A stretch of 64,000 nt of DNA. Source: Candidatus Cloacimonadota bacterium. GTDB lineage: Bacteria > Cloacimonadota > Cloacimonadia > JGIOTU-2. The DNA lies in assembly GCA_049903315.1 (NCBI GenBank), contig JBNGBT010000004.1, forward strand, positions 96,001 to 160,000, read 5' to 3'. Of the stretch, positions 27,845 through 37,163 are shown piece by piece (the stretch's first letter is position 1; each line of letters begins with the position of its first letter). Under the pieces are notes generated by a model. The model was not told where the DNA came from. It saw only the letters and a program-made list of their open reading frames with translations, and ran no database searches. The position numbers and the translations under genes were made by a program.

Positions 27845-28333
27845 ATGGATAAATTATACTCACCCTGGCGAATCGATTACATTCTTGGTGAAAAAGATAA
27901 AGAGTGTATATTTTGTGCAAAACAGCAGGCAAATGATGATGCAGGGCACCTTATTTTAAAACGCGGAAAGTTAACTTTTATAATAATGAATCTGTATCCC
28001 TATAATAACGGACATCTGATGGTTGTACCCTTTCGGCATGTAGCGCGTTTACATGAGCTTACAGATGAAGAATTGTGTGAACTAGGCACGATGACCCGAC
28101 TATGTGAAAGGGCACTTACAGATGCCTATCATCCTGATGGATTGAATATAGGAATGAATCTGGGTGAAGCAGCAGGTGCAGGTGTGGCAGATCATCTGCA
28201 TATACACGTGGTGCCGCGATGGAACGGTGATACCAATTTTATATCTACAGTTGGGAATACAAGAGTTATTCCCGAAAAAATGGAAGAAGCGTATAAAAAA
28301 TTGAAAAAAGTTTTTAACACCTATGAGTCTTAA
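27845..28333 (+). CDS. HIT-family hydrolase (Ap4A phosphorylase-like)
   Basis: PWR..YI, CIFC, NLYPYNNGHLMV, GMNLG.AAGAG, HLHIHVVPRW.GD. Confidence 0.92.
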   Translation: MDKLYSPWRIDYILGEKDKECIFCAKQQANDDAGHLILKRGKLTFIIMNLYPYNNGHLMVVPFRHVARLHELTDEELCELGTMTRLCERALTDAYHPDGLNIGMNLGEAAGAGVADHLHIHVVPRWNGDTNFISTVGNTRVIPEKMEEAYKKLKKVFNTYES

Positions 28334-28747
28334 ACTCTCAAAATCCTTAAAAATCTTCTTGGCTTTTTTTTTATTCTAAATATACTATTCCTATGCCTGA
28401 CGATAATTTTAAGGACTGTCCCGGATGAAAATAACAAGGAAATCGAACACATTCCCTATAATGAAATCACATTACAGGTGCTCAATGGATGTGGCAAAAA
28501 GGGTCTGGCGCGCGAAGTCCGGAATGTTCTCATTGATAAAGGCTTCGATGTGCTGTCCTTTGATAATGCAGATAAATTTCTGTATGAAAAAACCGTGATC
28601 GTCATAAGAAATATGAACTATGATAAATTTTATATGTTATATAAAGAATTCCCAGTTAAAAAGGTATACAAACAGATCAATGAACATTCGCTCTATGATT
28701 TTACTATAATCATAGGAAAGGATTATAAGCAAATTTTTGCTCTATAA
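28323..28747 (+). pseudogene. Membrane-anchored LytR C-terminal domain protein, frameshifted in a T9 tract
   Basis: ATG 28323 frame stops at 28377; adding one T in the run at 28364-28372 joins MSLKLSKSLKIFLAFFFILNILFLCLTIIL... to VLNGCG..GLA...L..KGFDV...NAD...T....DFTIIIGKD (ORF 28478-28747). Confidence 0.72.
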
Positions 28748-28755
28748 ATTTTTAT

Positions 28756-29118
28756 ATGAAAGAAAGTACTATAGAAGAAAAACTCGAGATCATTACTCAA
28801 CTTGCACGTGATAAAAAAGCAGAAAATATCATCATCCTTGATGTTGAAGGAACCTCCGATTTGACAGATCGTCTTGTTATCTGTAGCGGGGATGGAGATA
28901 TACACACCCGTACGATCGGGAAGTATATAATAGAAGAAGCTAAGAAGATGGGGGTACCAATCCATCATAAAGAAGGACTTGAAAATGGGAAATGGATACT
29001 TGTCGATTTTGGAGTTATCGTTGTGCACATCTTTGATAAAGAAACCAGAGATTATTATAAGCTCGAAGATCTCTGGGAAGAACTTGTTCGTAAAAGAAAA
29101 AAAATGAAGGAATCATAA
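28756..29118 (+). CDS. rsfS: Ribosomal silencing factor RsfS
   Basis: DKKAENI.ILDV, D.LVICSG, EG....WILVDFG.IVVHIF..ETR.YYKLE.LW. Confidence 0.95.
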   Translation: MKESTIEEKLEIITQLARDKKAENIIILDVEGTSDLTDRLVICSGDGDIHTRTIGKYIIEEAKKMGVPIHHKEGLENGKWILVDFGVIVVHIFDKETRDYYKLEDLWEELVRKRKKMKES

Positions 29119-29129
29119 GTGAGGCGACC

Positions 29130-30785
29130 TTGATAGAAATTATTAAAGAAAAGATATGGGAAAGTTTGAAAGCGCTTGAACTGCAAGCGCCCCCAAAATC
29201 CAAGATAAATGTAGAATACCCTAAGCACAAGAATCATGGTGATTATTCATCAAACATCGGGCTCAATCTTGCAACGAAGATCAAGCAAGCTCCTATGACC
29301 ATTGCAAAGAAGCTTGCTGCACACCTTTCTGCCGATCCTCTGTTTTCCGAAGTAAATGCTGCCAAACCCGGTTTCATCAATTTCCATATTGCAAATAAAG
29401 TGCTCTATTCAACCCTGGAGGATATTAATAAGTTAGGGCAGAAATTCGGAACAAATTACGAACGGGGTGCAGGGAAGAGGGTGCTCATTGAGTTTGTAAG
29501 CGCAAATCCAACAGGTCCACTTAACGTAGTGAATGCTCGTGCTGCAGCTTTCGGAGATTCCCTGGCAAATATTCTGCTTGCACAGGGTTACTTTGTCGAA
29601 AGAGAATATTACATAAATGACGCAGGGCATCAAATAGAATTACTGGTTGAGTCTATTGAAAATGAATTGAACAGGTTGGATGAAATAGAAGTCGAAGAGC
29701 TCGAAGAAGGTTACAAGGGTGAATACATCACAGAGATTGCAGCTCATATTTTGGAAACTGAAGGAGCGACAATCCATCAGCTTTCAAAGAAAGATATTGC
29801 TCAAAGAATTCGAGATCTCGCATTGGATATTCTTATCAATGATCAAAAAGACACACTTTCGTTATTCAAAGTGAGTTTTGATAACTGGATCTCAGAGAAC
29901 GAGCTTCGCCAAAAAGGAAGTGTGGAGGATGTGCTTGCATATCTTTCTGAAACTGAAAAGATCTATGATAAAGACGGAGCAGTCTGGCTGTGCAGTAGTG
30001 AATTTGGTGATGTGAAAGACCGCGTCATCATGCGTTCTGATGGTACAGTGACCTATCTTGTACCTGATCTTGCATATCACATTACAAAATATAAGCGCGG
30101 ATTTGACAGCATTATTGACATCCTTGGTCCTGATCATCATGGGCATATTCCCAAACTCAAGGCAGGTATCGCGATCCTTGGATATAAACCTTCACTTTTG
30201 CACTTCATGTTGCTTCAGCATGTAAATATTCTCATAAATGATGAAAAGGTCAAAATGTCAAAAAGAGAGGGGAAGCTCATTACACTCAGGCAGCTCATTG
30301 ATGAAGTGGGCACAGATGCTGCACGATTCTTCTTCTTGATGAGAAAATCAAATACACCTCTTGATTTCGATATTGAACTTGCGAAGAAACGCACTGCCGA
30401 AAATCCTGTTTATTATGTTCAGTATGCTCATGCTCGTATTGCGAGTATTGAGAAAAATGCCCGTACAGAAAAGCTCAAAGTAACAGACTTCAAGCCGGAA
30501 TATCTGCAACGTCTCAGCCACGAAGAGGAGCTGGACATCATCCGCAATCTTATGAAATATCCCGAACTTATTGCGCATATTAGTTCCAGTTATGATGTGA
30601 ATCTTCTCACTTCTTATTTAATCGATCTTGCAGGAGAATTTCATAGATATTATCAGAAATATAAAATAATTAATAAAAGATATAAAGAACTCTCTCTCGC
30701 GCGTTTATTCCTGTGTAAGGCAGTGCAGACTGTGATTAAAAACGGACTCACAATGCTTGGTATTTCCGCACCAACAAAAATGTGA
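29130..30785 (+). CDS. argS: Arginine--tRNA ligase
   Basis: HGDYSSN, PGFINF, EFVSANPTGPL, EYYINDAG.Q, KMSKR.G, NPVYYVQYAHARI. Confidence 0.97.
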   Translation: MIEIIKEKIWESLKALELQAPPKSKINVEYPKHKNHGDYSSNIGLNLATKIKQAPMTIAKKLAAHLSADPLFSEVNAAKPGFINFHIANKVLYSTLEDINKLGQKFGTNYERGAGKRVLIEFVSANPTGPLNVVNARAAAFGDSLANILLAQGYFVEREYYINDAGHQIELLVESIENELNRLDEIEVEELEEGYKGEYITEIAAHILETEGATIHQLSKKDIAQRIRDLALDILINDQKDTLSLFKVSFDNWISENELRQKGSVEDVLAYLSETEKIYDKDGAVWLCSSEFGDVKDRVIMRSDGTVTYLVPDLAYHITKYKRGFDSIIDILGPDHHGHIPKLKAGIAILGYKPSLLHFMLLQHVNILINDEKVKMSKREGKLITLRQLIDEVGTDAARFFFLMRKSNTPLDFDIELAKKRTAENPVYYVQYAHARIASIEKNARTEKLKVTDFKPEYLQRLSHEEELDIIRNLMKYPELIAHISSSYDVNLLTSYLIDLAGEFHRYYQKYKIINKRYKELSLARLFLCKAVQTVIKNGLTMLGISAPTKM

Positions 30786-30950
30786 TAACGATGATCGACT
30801 AAGAAATAAACTTTTATAGTTTGGAAGAAAGGAATGGGATGAAGAGAGTAGTATTAAAACAATTATACGACTTGTTGTATAAAGATGTAATCAAAAAAAT
30901 TGACATTCCATTATGTAAATATATCAATCCAAAAAAATCTTGGGGGAGCA

Positions 30951-31382
30951 ATGAAAATCAGTAGAATATTCGTTGCAGTATTTTGTGCAATACTCATTAT
31001 TTTTCTATCTTTTTGTTCAAAAAAAGTACAGCAAGAAAAGGAATTACCTGCGCGAAGCGATGAACTTGTAAAACTGGAAAAATTTATGGATATCCCAATA
31101 TATCCGAATAGTGTGCTTGCAGATATTACTACGCCATTGCGTGATGACCAAATTCCCGGTGAACCAATGCAGGCACAGGTTATCCTTACTATTGATGAGT
31201 ATGAGAAAGTGCCCCTTTTTTATGAAGAGAAACTCGGTAAAAAATTCACGGTCGAAGTGGAAAATGGAAAGAAGTATTATGAACTGCAATTTGAAAAAGG
31301 CGACTGGCTCTACATCATTTTTGTGGGACATGATACCTTTGAGAATAAACCGATGTTTTCAATCGATAGGTGGGAGAAGTAG
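30951..31382 (+). CDS. Hypothetical lipoprotein
   Basis: GGAG RBS, MKISR...FLSFC signal/lipobox-like N-terminus, IPIYPNS. Confidence 0.65.
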   Translation: MKISRIFVAVFCAILIIFLSFCSKKVQQEKELPARSDELVKLEKFMDIPIYPNSVLADITTPLRDDQIPGEPMQAQVILTIDEYEKVPLFYEEKLGKKFTVEVENGKKYYELQFEKGDWLYIIFVGHDTFENKPMFSIDRWEK

Positions 31383-31442
31383 CACAATCTAAGCAAAATG
31401 ACTTTTTCAAGCGTGAATATTCATCAAATTCAAGTTAATAAA

Positions 31443-31470
31443 AAAGCCCAATTCCTAAAAATCGGGCTTT
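31443..31470. terminator. Probable bidirectional terminator between convergent genes
   Basis: AAAGCCC...GGGCTTT flanked by A/T runs. Confidence 0.6.
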
Positions 31471-31489
31471 AAAAATTATGGAATGAGAA

Positions 31490-32782
31490 TTATTTGTCTC
31501 TCAATATTTCTCTCATTTTATTGGCAAGATTATCAAGTGCTTTTTGTGCACTGATCTGACCTCTGAATACAGCCTCAATGACCTGCTCTTCGAGAAGTTT
31601 TCTTGTCTCAAACCATGCATCAGTCTGGGGTTCTACTTCTGCATAGAGGAGCTGATCATACACGCTTTTCAGTCCGGGATATTTTTTGAATTTTGCTTGA
31701 GTTTCCTCGTCTTCGATAGCGCTTTTTCGGACCGGCATGTAATAAGTCAGGTTTGACCACTTCGCAGTTTGCTTGGGGCTGGTAAACCATTTTATGAATT
31801 CCCAGCAAGCTTCCTGCTTTTTCTTTTGTTGCGGATCTGTGTCATTCTTGAATATCACAATATTTGTTCCACTGACAAGACTCTTTTTGGTGCGGAAATA
31901 GGGAACAGCGCCCATACCAAGATTGAAAGGAATGCCTCCTTTATGAAGATAAACCATTGATACACTCGATCCTTCTACCATTCCTACTTTGCTTGCAAGG
32001 AAATCATTCTGTCCGTCATAACCGGTTGAAAGGTAAGCGATCTTTGATTTATTGAGTTGACCCGATAGAAAGTCCATTGCTTCAACACCGTATTTGCTAT
32101 TGAAAAGAGGTTCTGTCAGATCTTCGTTCATGATCTGTCCACCTGCTTCTAAAAGGCAGTTCTCAAATTGCCATGCGTTGGTTGCAAAGGTTGTTCCCCA
32201 TTGATCAATCTTGCCATCACCGTCCCTATCTTGGGTGAGTTTTTTTCCAACTGCAAGGAAGTCATCCCAGGTTACGGGCGGTTTATCGATGTCCAGTCCG
32301 TTTCGGTAGAACATATCCTTATTGTAATACATCACACGTACACTTTTATTGAAGGGGAATGCATACATGGTATCATTGAATGTGCTACTTTTGATGAAAA
32401 CCGGATAGAAGTCATCGAGCTCTTCCTGAGAAAGTCCGTTTGGACCGTTAATATATTTCTCGATAGGAACAAGTGCGTTTCCATCTATGAATTTTGCAAT
32501 CCATGCTTCGTATGCCTGGGCAAGATCGGGCTGAGTGTTTGCAACTATGGCTGCCATTAGTTTTTGGGAAAGAGCAGTGTAGTTGCCCATATTAATATCA
32601 TTGATTAATATATCAGGATGTGTATCATTAAATTCTTTTACTAATATTGTGAGGGCATCACCGAGTGGACCACCCATAGCATGCCAGAATTCGAGTTCGA
32701 TTCTTCTTGATTTTGTTTGTTTTGAACATCCTGCGAATACAATAATTGAAAAAATCAAAATAAATAGAAATATTTTTTTCAT
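31490..32782 (-). CDS. ABC transporter solute-binding lipoprotein, family 1 (UgpB/sugar type)
   Basis: Lipobox FAGC, FWHAMGG, PFNKS..MYYNKD, PP.TWD, W.FIKW.TS...A.W...T.YMP. Confidence 0.9.
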   Translation of the reverse strand: MKKIFLFILIFSIIVFAGCSKQTKSRRIELEFWHAMGGPLGDALTILVKEFNDTHPDILINDINMGNYTALSQKLMAAIVANTQPDLAQAYEAWIAKFIDGNALVPIEKYINGPNGLSQEELDDFYPVFIKSSTFNDTMYAFPFNKSVRVMYYNKDMFYRNGLDIDKPPVTWDDFLAVGKKLTQDRDGDGKIDQWGTTFATNAWQFENCLLEAGGQIMNEDLTEPLFNSKYGVEAMDFLSGQLNKSKIAYLSTGYDGQNDFLASKVGMVEGSSVSMVYLHKGGIPFNLGMGAVPYFRTKKSLVSGTNIVIFKNDTDPQQKKKQEACWEFIKWFTSPKQTAKWSNLTYYMPVRKSAIEDEETQAKFKKYPGLKSVYDQLLYAEVEPQTDAWFETRKLLEEQVIEAVFRGQISAQKALDNLANKMREILRDK

Positions 32783-32957
32783 TGAAAGCTCCAAAATATT
32801 TTGTATGTATGGCATTTAAAGAAAACACATTTATGAGTCAAGTTTTGCTTTTCTTGAACTACAGTTTTCCAATTTTTATTGCAGTGAGAAGAAAAATATC
32901 TACCGTTTCAAAAAACTTGACACACATTTTGCGGCTCGATGAATCAATCCTCATCGC

Positions 32958-33034
32958 GGGGGCGTAGTTCAGTTGGTTAGAACGTCTGCCTGTCACGCAG
33001 AAGGTCGCGAGTTCGAGTCCCGTCGCTCCCGCCA
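32958..33034 (+). tRNA. tRNA-Asp (GTC)
   Basis: GGGGGCG/CGCTCCC acceptor stem, TCTGC-CTGTCAC-GCAGA anticodon arm, TTCGAGT loop, G discriminator + CCA; one A-C mismatch in the T-stem. Confidence 0.96.
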
Positions 33035-33050
33035 TTTTTAATTGGCTATT

Positions 33051-33293
33051 ATGTTTTACACTTATATCATTTATTCTGAATCCTCAGACAAATACTATAT
33101 TAGTCACACACACGATCTTGAATTAAGGTTACAGCGTCATAATGAAAGATGGACACGTTCAACGAAAGCCGGAATTCCATGGAAATTGATTTATAGTGAA
33201 GAATATCGAACCAAATCTGAAGCTATGAAACGTGAGTGTGAAATAAAACGCATGAAAAGTAGAAAGTACATTGAAGATTTAATAAGTCGGTAA
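33051..33293 (+). CDS. Small stand-alone GIY-YIG nuclease (UPF0213/YhbQ-like)
   Basis: YTYIIYS...KYYISHT.DL..RL..HN.....TK...PW.L.Y.E.Y..KSEA.KRE..IK; YIG altered to YIS. Confidence 0.88.
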   Translation: MFYTYIIYSESSDKYYISHTHDLELRLQRHNERWTRSTKAGIPWKLIYSEEYRTKSEAMKRECEIKRMKSRKYIEDLISR

Positions 33294-33343
33294 TCACGCA
33301 GAAGGTTGTCCCGAGGAATCGGGAAGTCACGTCGCTCCCGCCA
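33294..33343 (+). repeat. tRNA-Asp 3'-half copy 1 with palindromic substitution
   Basis: TCACGCAGAAGGTTG-[TCCCGAGGAATCGGGA]-AGTCACGTCGCTCCCGCCA versus tRNA TCACGCAGAAGGTCG-CGAGTTCG-AGTCCCGTCGCTCCCGCCA. Confidence 0.9.
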
Positions 33344-33398
33344 TTTATTTATTCAAGAATTAGAGCGTATTTCATCTCTCAATACTTTTTTTTTATTC

Positions 33399-33446
33399 CA
33401 CGCAGAAGGTCATCCCGATAATCGGGAAGTCACGTTGCTCACGCCA
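33399..33446 (+). repeat. tRNA-Asp 3'-half copy 2 with palindromic substitution
   Basis: CACGCAGAAGGTCA-[TCCCGATAATCGGGA]-AGTCACGTTGCTCACGCCA. Confidence 0.88.
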
Positions 33447-33492
33447 TTTTTATTCCATCATTCAATATCTACAATTTTCAATACTTAAAAAT

Positions 33493-34755
33493 TTAAAAAT
33501 CTCCAGTCACAAATACTTGAATTTCACTCTCGCTGTTAATGCCTTCATTGCTGATTGCAATTACTTTCCAATAATAGACTGTATTGGGTTGAAGATCATT
33601 GATTGTTGTAGTATGCTGAGTTTCCGAAGGGTGATATGGCGAAGTAATCGTGTCCAGACTACAAGCTGTGATTGATGTAAGCAGGATGATAACGAGTAAT
33701 AACATCCTGTTTCTCTTTTTTCTAAAACAGATCGAACCAACAAACATAAAGCCTATGCTCATTGAACCGAATAAAAATGATAATTGATTATTTCGATTTG
33801 TATCCTTAAGTATGCCATGTTCAGAGGTTAAAAGTTCAGGATTATCCGAATAGTACACCTCATAATTGGCTGCATTCCCATACCATTTGAGCTCTGTTGA
33901 TTGTGAGAAAATTGATTGCGCATTTATAGGTGAATCTAAGCGCACCTGATGAAAAAGTTCAGGTAAATTATAGTAATTTTCCCCCTTTTGCAGCTCTTCA
34001 TCCACGTTCAATTTTACAACTTCCGAGTAGTTGTGAAAATTGTATATATAGATTTCTCGGTTTTTTAGATCGTAAATATTTGAAAAAACAGTTGGATCAA
34101 CACCATGCTGATGTGTCTCATCCAGAATAGTTTTGAAAAGTATTGGTGAGATAGAAGAAGCATTTTCAAAGAGGTATGAAGCAACTTTGAACCTGTAGGA
34201 ATTATACCAGCGGTAATCAGTACTGTCAGAAACGTAGAAATTTGTCATGACTTGATAATTTCCTTGTCTATTGACGAATACGACATCACGTTCTCCAAAT
34301 TCGATGATCACTGAGTTCCCGAGACTATCTCCCCACATTGAATGACCATCCCAGTGGGAAGAATAATATGTTGAGTAGAGGTCGATAACTTCTTGCACTG
34401 TTGCACATTCTTCCAGAGCTTTTTCGCATAGTTCCCCTTGAACAGATGGCTTGTTATAATAATTTGCCACATCATATCTTTCAGGAAGTGATGCGCCATC
34501 ATACCACAAACCATTCTCATTAATGCCACCTACATTCTGAAAACCCTGCGATACCTGATAACCGAAATATATACGACCATATTTCCCTTCTGAAGCTGGA
34601 ATTACTTTAATTCTCGTATTGATATTGTGCCAATCTTTATTCGTCCCACCAAGAATCACATCACCTTCTGCAGCACTTATTACTGTACACGCATCAAGAG
34701 AGGATATCGTGGTGAAGGAAAGAATTATCAATAATACAAAAAAACACCTCTTCAT
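33493..34755 (-). CDS. Secreted Ntn (linear amide C-N) hydrolase with C-terminal FN3-like region interrupted by hydrophobic segments
   Basis: Signal peptide then A-CT nucleophile, G.NKD, GGINENGL, AL..C.TV.E, QVMTNF, TVFSNIYDL; LQPNTVYYWKV. Confidence 0.75.
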   Translation of the reverse strand: MKRCFFVLLIILSFTTISSLDACTVISAAEGDVILGGTNKDWHNINTRIKVIPASEGKYGRIYFGYQVSQGFQNVGGINENGLWYDGASLPERYDVANYYNKPSVQGELCEKALEECATVQEVIDLYSTYYSSHWDGHSMWGDSLGNSVIIEFGERDVVFVNRQGNYQVMTNFYVSDSTDYRWYNSYRFKVASYLFENASSISPILFKTILDETHQHGVDPTVFSNIYDLKNREIYIYNFHNYSEVVKLNVDEELQKGENYYNLPELFHQVRLDSPINAQSIFSQSTELKWYGNAANYEVYYSDNPELLTSEHGILKDTNRNNQLSFLFGSMSIGFMFVGSICFRKKRNRMLLLVIILLTSITACSLDTITSPYHPSETQHTTTINDLQPNTVYYWKVIAISNEGINSESEIQVFVTGDF

Positions 34756-35351
34756 GACTTACCTCCAGCATAAATAAAAGCTATATTAATAATAAAAGAG
34801 AGCGTTTGATTTTTTAGATCAGCATCATCAGTGTTTGTATCGAAGTTTACAAGTCCCTGTTCGTAACGAATTTCAAAGGCAAATCTTCCTATTCCGACCT
34901 CGACACCAGCAACAATGCCCGAATCGAATCCTCTGATATTGTCCAGAACTCCAACATCATTCATTGCCAATGCTTTCATGCTAAAATATGGGCCGAGAAC
35001 TCCACTGAGATGAAATTTACTATTATTCACCAGGAAATATTTTGCAAGGATGGGCATTTCTACATATACAAAAATGTTATATTGTTCGATATCTCCAACT
35101 GTGTTGATCTTACTCCCCTTCGTGGCGAGGAAGAGCTCGGGCTGTATGGACAGGTTTCTATTCAAACCATATGTAGCAAATCCCCCAATCGTAAAACCGG
35201 GGACATGTTTCACACCTTTTCCCGGCAGCTCTTTTCCGCTGAAAACGGATGAACTATAACCGATTTTCATCCCAATATCGGTGATATTACCGGCATGAAG
35301 ACTCAAGGAAATGATCATAATAAGAAAGATGGTAATTGTAATTTTTTTCAT
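34752..35351 (-). CDS. PorT/porin-family outer-membrane beta-barrel protein
   Basis: Signal peptide, G.K.G, SIQPEL....KG, Y.E.P.L.K, GPY, E.RY..GL. Confidence 0.8.
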   Translation of the reverse strand: MKKITITIFLIMIISLSLHAGNITDIGMKIGYSSSVFSGKELPGKGVKHVPGFTIGGFATYGLNRNLSIQPELFLATKGSKINTVGDIEQYNIFVYVEMPILAKYFLVNNSKFHLSGVLGPYFSMKALAMNDVGVLDNIRGFDSGIVAGVEVGIGRFAFEIRYEQGLVNFDTNTDDADLKNQTLSFIINIAFIYAGGKS

Positions 35352-35367
35352 CAGATCTCCTACTATA

Positions 35368-36741
35368 TTATTTTATTTGTATTTGTTTATGTATCCAATT
35401 GTAAATGATTTCAAGCACAATAGGTGAAATCGTTTCTTCAATCAATCTGTATTCTTGCGGACTCCCAGTCTGCGCAGTCTGGAAGTAGTGATTTACTCTA
35501 GGTATTTCTTTCACTTCAAAGTTATGATTGCCACCCATTATAAGTGCAGTTTTAACTGCCTCTGCATTTCCTTCTGGAGGAACCTGCATATCTTTCTCTC
35601 CAAAAAGCGCCAAAACCGGACATTTTATCTGCTGTAGAATCTGCTTCGGTTCATAGGTGATATTGTATCTGAACCATGGTGATAAAAATCTCTGTATAGT
35701 TGCTTGTATACGATCTTTGGGTAGATCGGAATGAGACATAGTATAGAGTTTTTCGAGTTTGATTTTGGCAGAATCTTCATATTCTTCATCCAGAATTATG
35801 GTAAGCACTTTTTTCTGGAAATTTATTCTTTCGGTAATATCCTCTTCAGACATTCCCATTATTCTGCTCATTGATTCTTCGAATTGGAGATTATATTCAA
35901 AGCCATTTAATCCGGGAGTTCCCATCATAACCACAAAAGAAATATCTGGCAATTCAGCTGCTATTAGAGACGCTATCGTCCCTCCTTCGCTGTGTCCGAC
36001 AAGACCGATTTCTTTTATCTGGTGTATAGATTTCAAGTAGTCCACACCAGCGATCACGTCCTGTGCGAAATCTTGAGTAGTTGCTTGAGTTCTATCACCC
36101 TTTGAACTCCCTACACCTCGCTCATCATATCGCAAAACAGCAATCCCGTTGCGGGTGAGAAAATCTGCGATAACGAAGAACGGACGATGCTCAAAAAATA
36201 TATTATCTCTTTCGTGAGAACCTACTCCAGGTATCAGAATTAACGCGGGAAATTCTTTCACATTTTTGGGAGTGGTCAACGTACCAACAATGTGAACATC
36301 TCCATTGTCATAAGACACCTCTTGTTCATCATAGGGGAATGGTGCTTGTGGAGTTTGAGGTCTTTTGGAAGATGCTATTTCCTCCACTTGTTCCATATTT
36401 AAAGGCATTGATCTTCCCGCTTGTTCCCATGCTCCGGTAAGATGAGTGTTTTTAAAATAACCCTTGAAATTGCACTTGATTTGATCGAATGTTAATAAAA
36501 TATCAGGATAAGTAAATTTGATCGAGATTGCAGAAAATGTTTTATCCGATTGATCTGGAAAAATGACTTCAACTTGCATATCATTCCCATTTGAAAACAA
36601 AAAAACAATTCTGTAACTGAATCCCGGGAATTGAACTGTCCCTTCCCAAATTCCTGAAACATGCTGAACTGATGAGTTCTGGGAACATCCAATCACAATA
36701 ATAAAGATAAGAATAGTAAAGTATGCAGCATTTTTTCTCAT
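35368..36741 (-). CDS. Lipoprotein alpha/beta hydrolase
   Basis: Lipobox VIGC, RPQ.P..P.PY, GTLT.P, G.AVLRYDERGVG.S.G, GHSEGG, GEKDMQV, NH.FQ. Confidence 0.88.
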   Translation of the reverse strand: MRKNAAYFTILIFIIVIGCSQNSSVQHVSGIWEGTVQFPGFSYRIVFLFSNGNDMQVEVIFPDQSDKTFSAISIKFTYPDILLTFDQIKCNFKGYFKNTHLTGAWEQAGRSMPLNMEQVEEIASSKRPQTPQAPFPYDEQEVSYDNGDVHIVGTLTTPKNVKEFPALILIPGVGSHERDNIFFEHRPFFVIADFLTRNGIAVLRYDERGVGSSKGDRTQATTQDFAQDVIAGVDYLKSIHQIKEIGLVGHSEGGTIASLIAAELPDISFVVMMGTPGLNGFEYNLQFEESMSRIMGMSEEDITERINFQKKVLTIILDEEYEDSAKIKLEKLYTMSHSDLPKDRIQATIQRFLSPWFRYNITYEPKQILQQIKCPVLALFGEKDMQVPPEGNAEAVKTALIMGGNHNFEVKEIPRVNHYFQTAQTGSPQEYRLIEETISPIVLEIIYNWIHKQIQIK

Positions 36742-37163
36742 TCGAGTGTGTCACCTTTTTCATTCCATGCAATAACAGAGGCTGGAAGAATGTGAGCAAA
36801 ATATAACAGACTTATTGCAAGGACTGCGTCTATCTGCCCGAGTCCGGATAGGATAAATATGTAGATTATCACAAGTGTCGCAATAGCAAACAGGCTGTAA
36901 GAAATATTTGTTGCATGCAGTACGACGTGCATCTCGCGTTCATCAAGTTCTTTTGATGAGGAATGTGTGAGTTTCCAAATCGATGATTTTATAAAAGCAG
37001 TGTGAAAAGTGAGTATTATTACAACGATTGGAATAATCTCAAGTACCAGATAGATCATCTTCAAAACCTGTAATTTTACAAGGTAAAATAGCACGAGTAT
37101 CACAATTACACTGAGATAATTTAATATCATGGCTGTTCTTCGTTTTTTCTGTATTGTATTCAT
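36738..37163 (-). CDS. Four-TM membrane protein (DUF2178-like)
   Basis: Hydrophobic helices around LDERE....A...SY; follows the HTH gene directly. Confidence 0.65.
   Translation of the reverse strand: MNTIQKKRRTAMILNYLSVIVILVLFYLVKLQVLKMIYLVLEIIPIVVIILTFHTAFIKSSIWKLTHSSSKELDEREMHVVLHATNISYSLFAIATLVIIYIFILSGLGQIDAVLAISLLYFAHILPASVIAWNEKGDTLE

Noticed and set aside
33294..33446. Additional functional tRNA genes, or ORF 33306-33488
   Set aside because: The copies lack the 5' half and TTC loop; the ORF is just the translated repeats.
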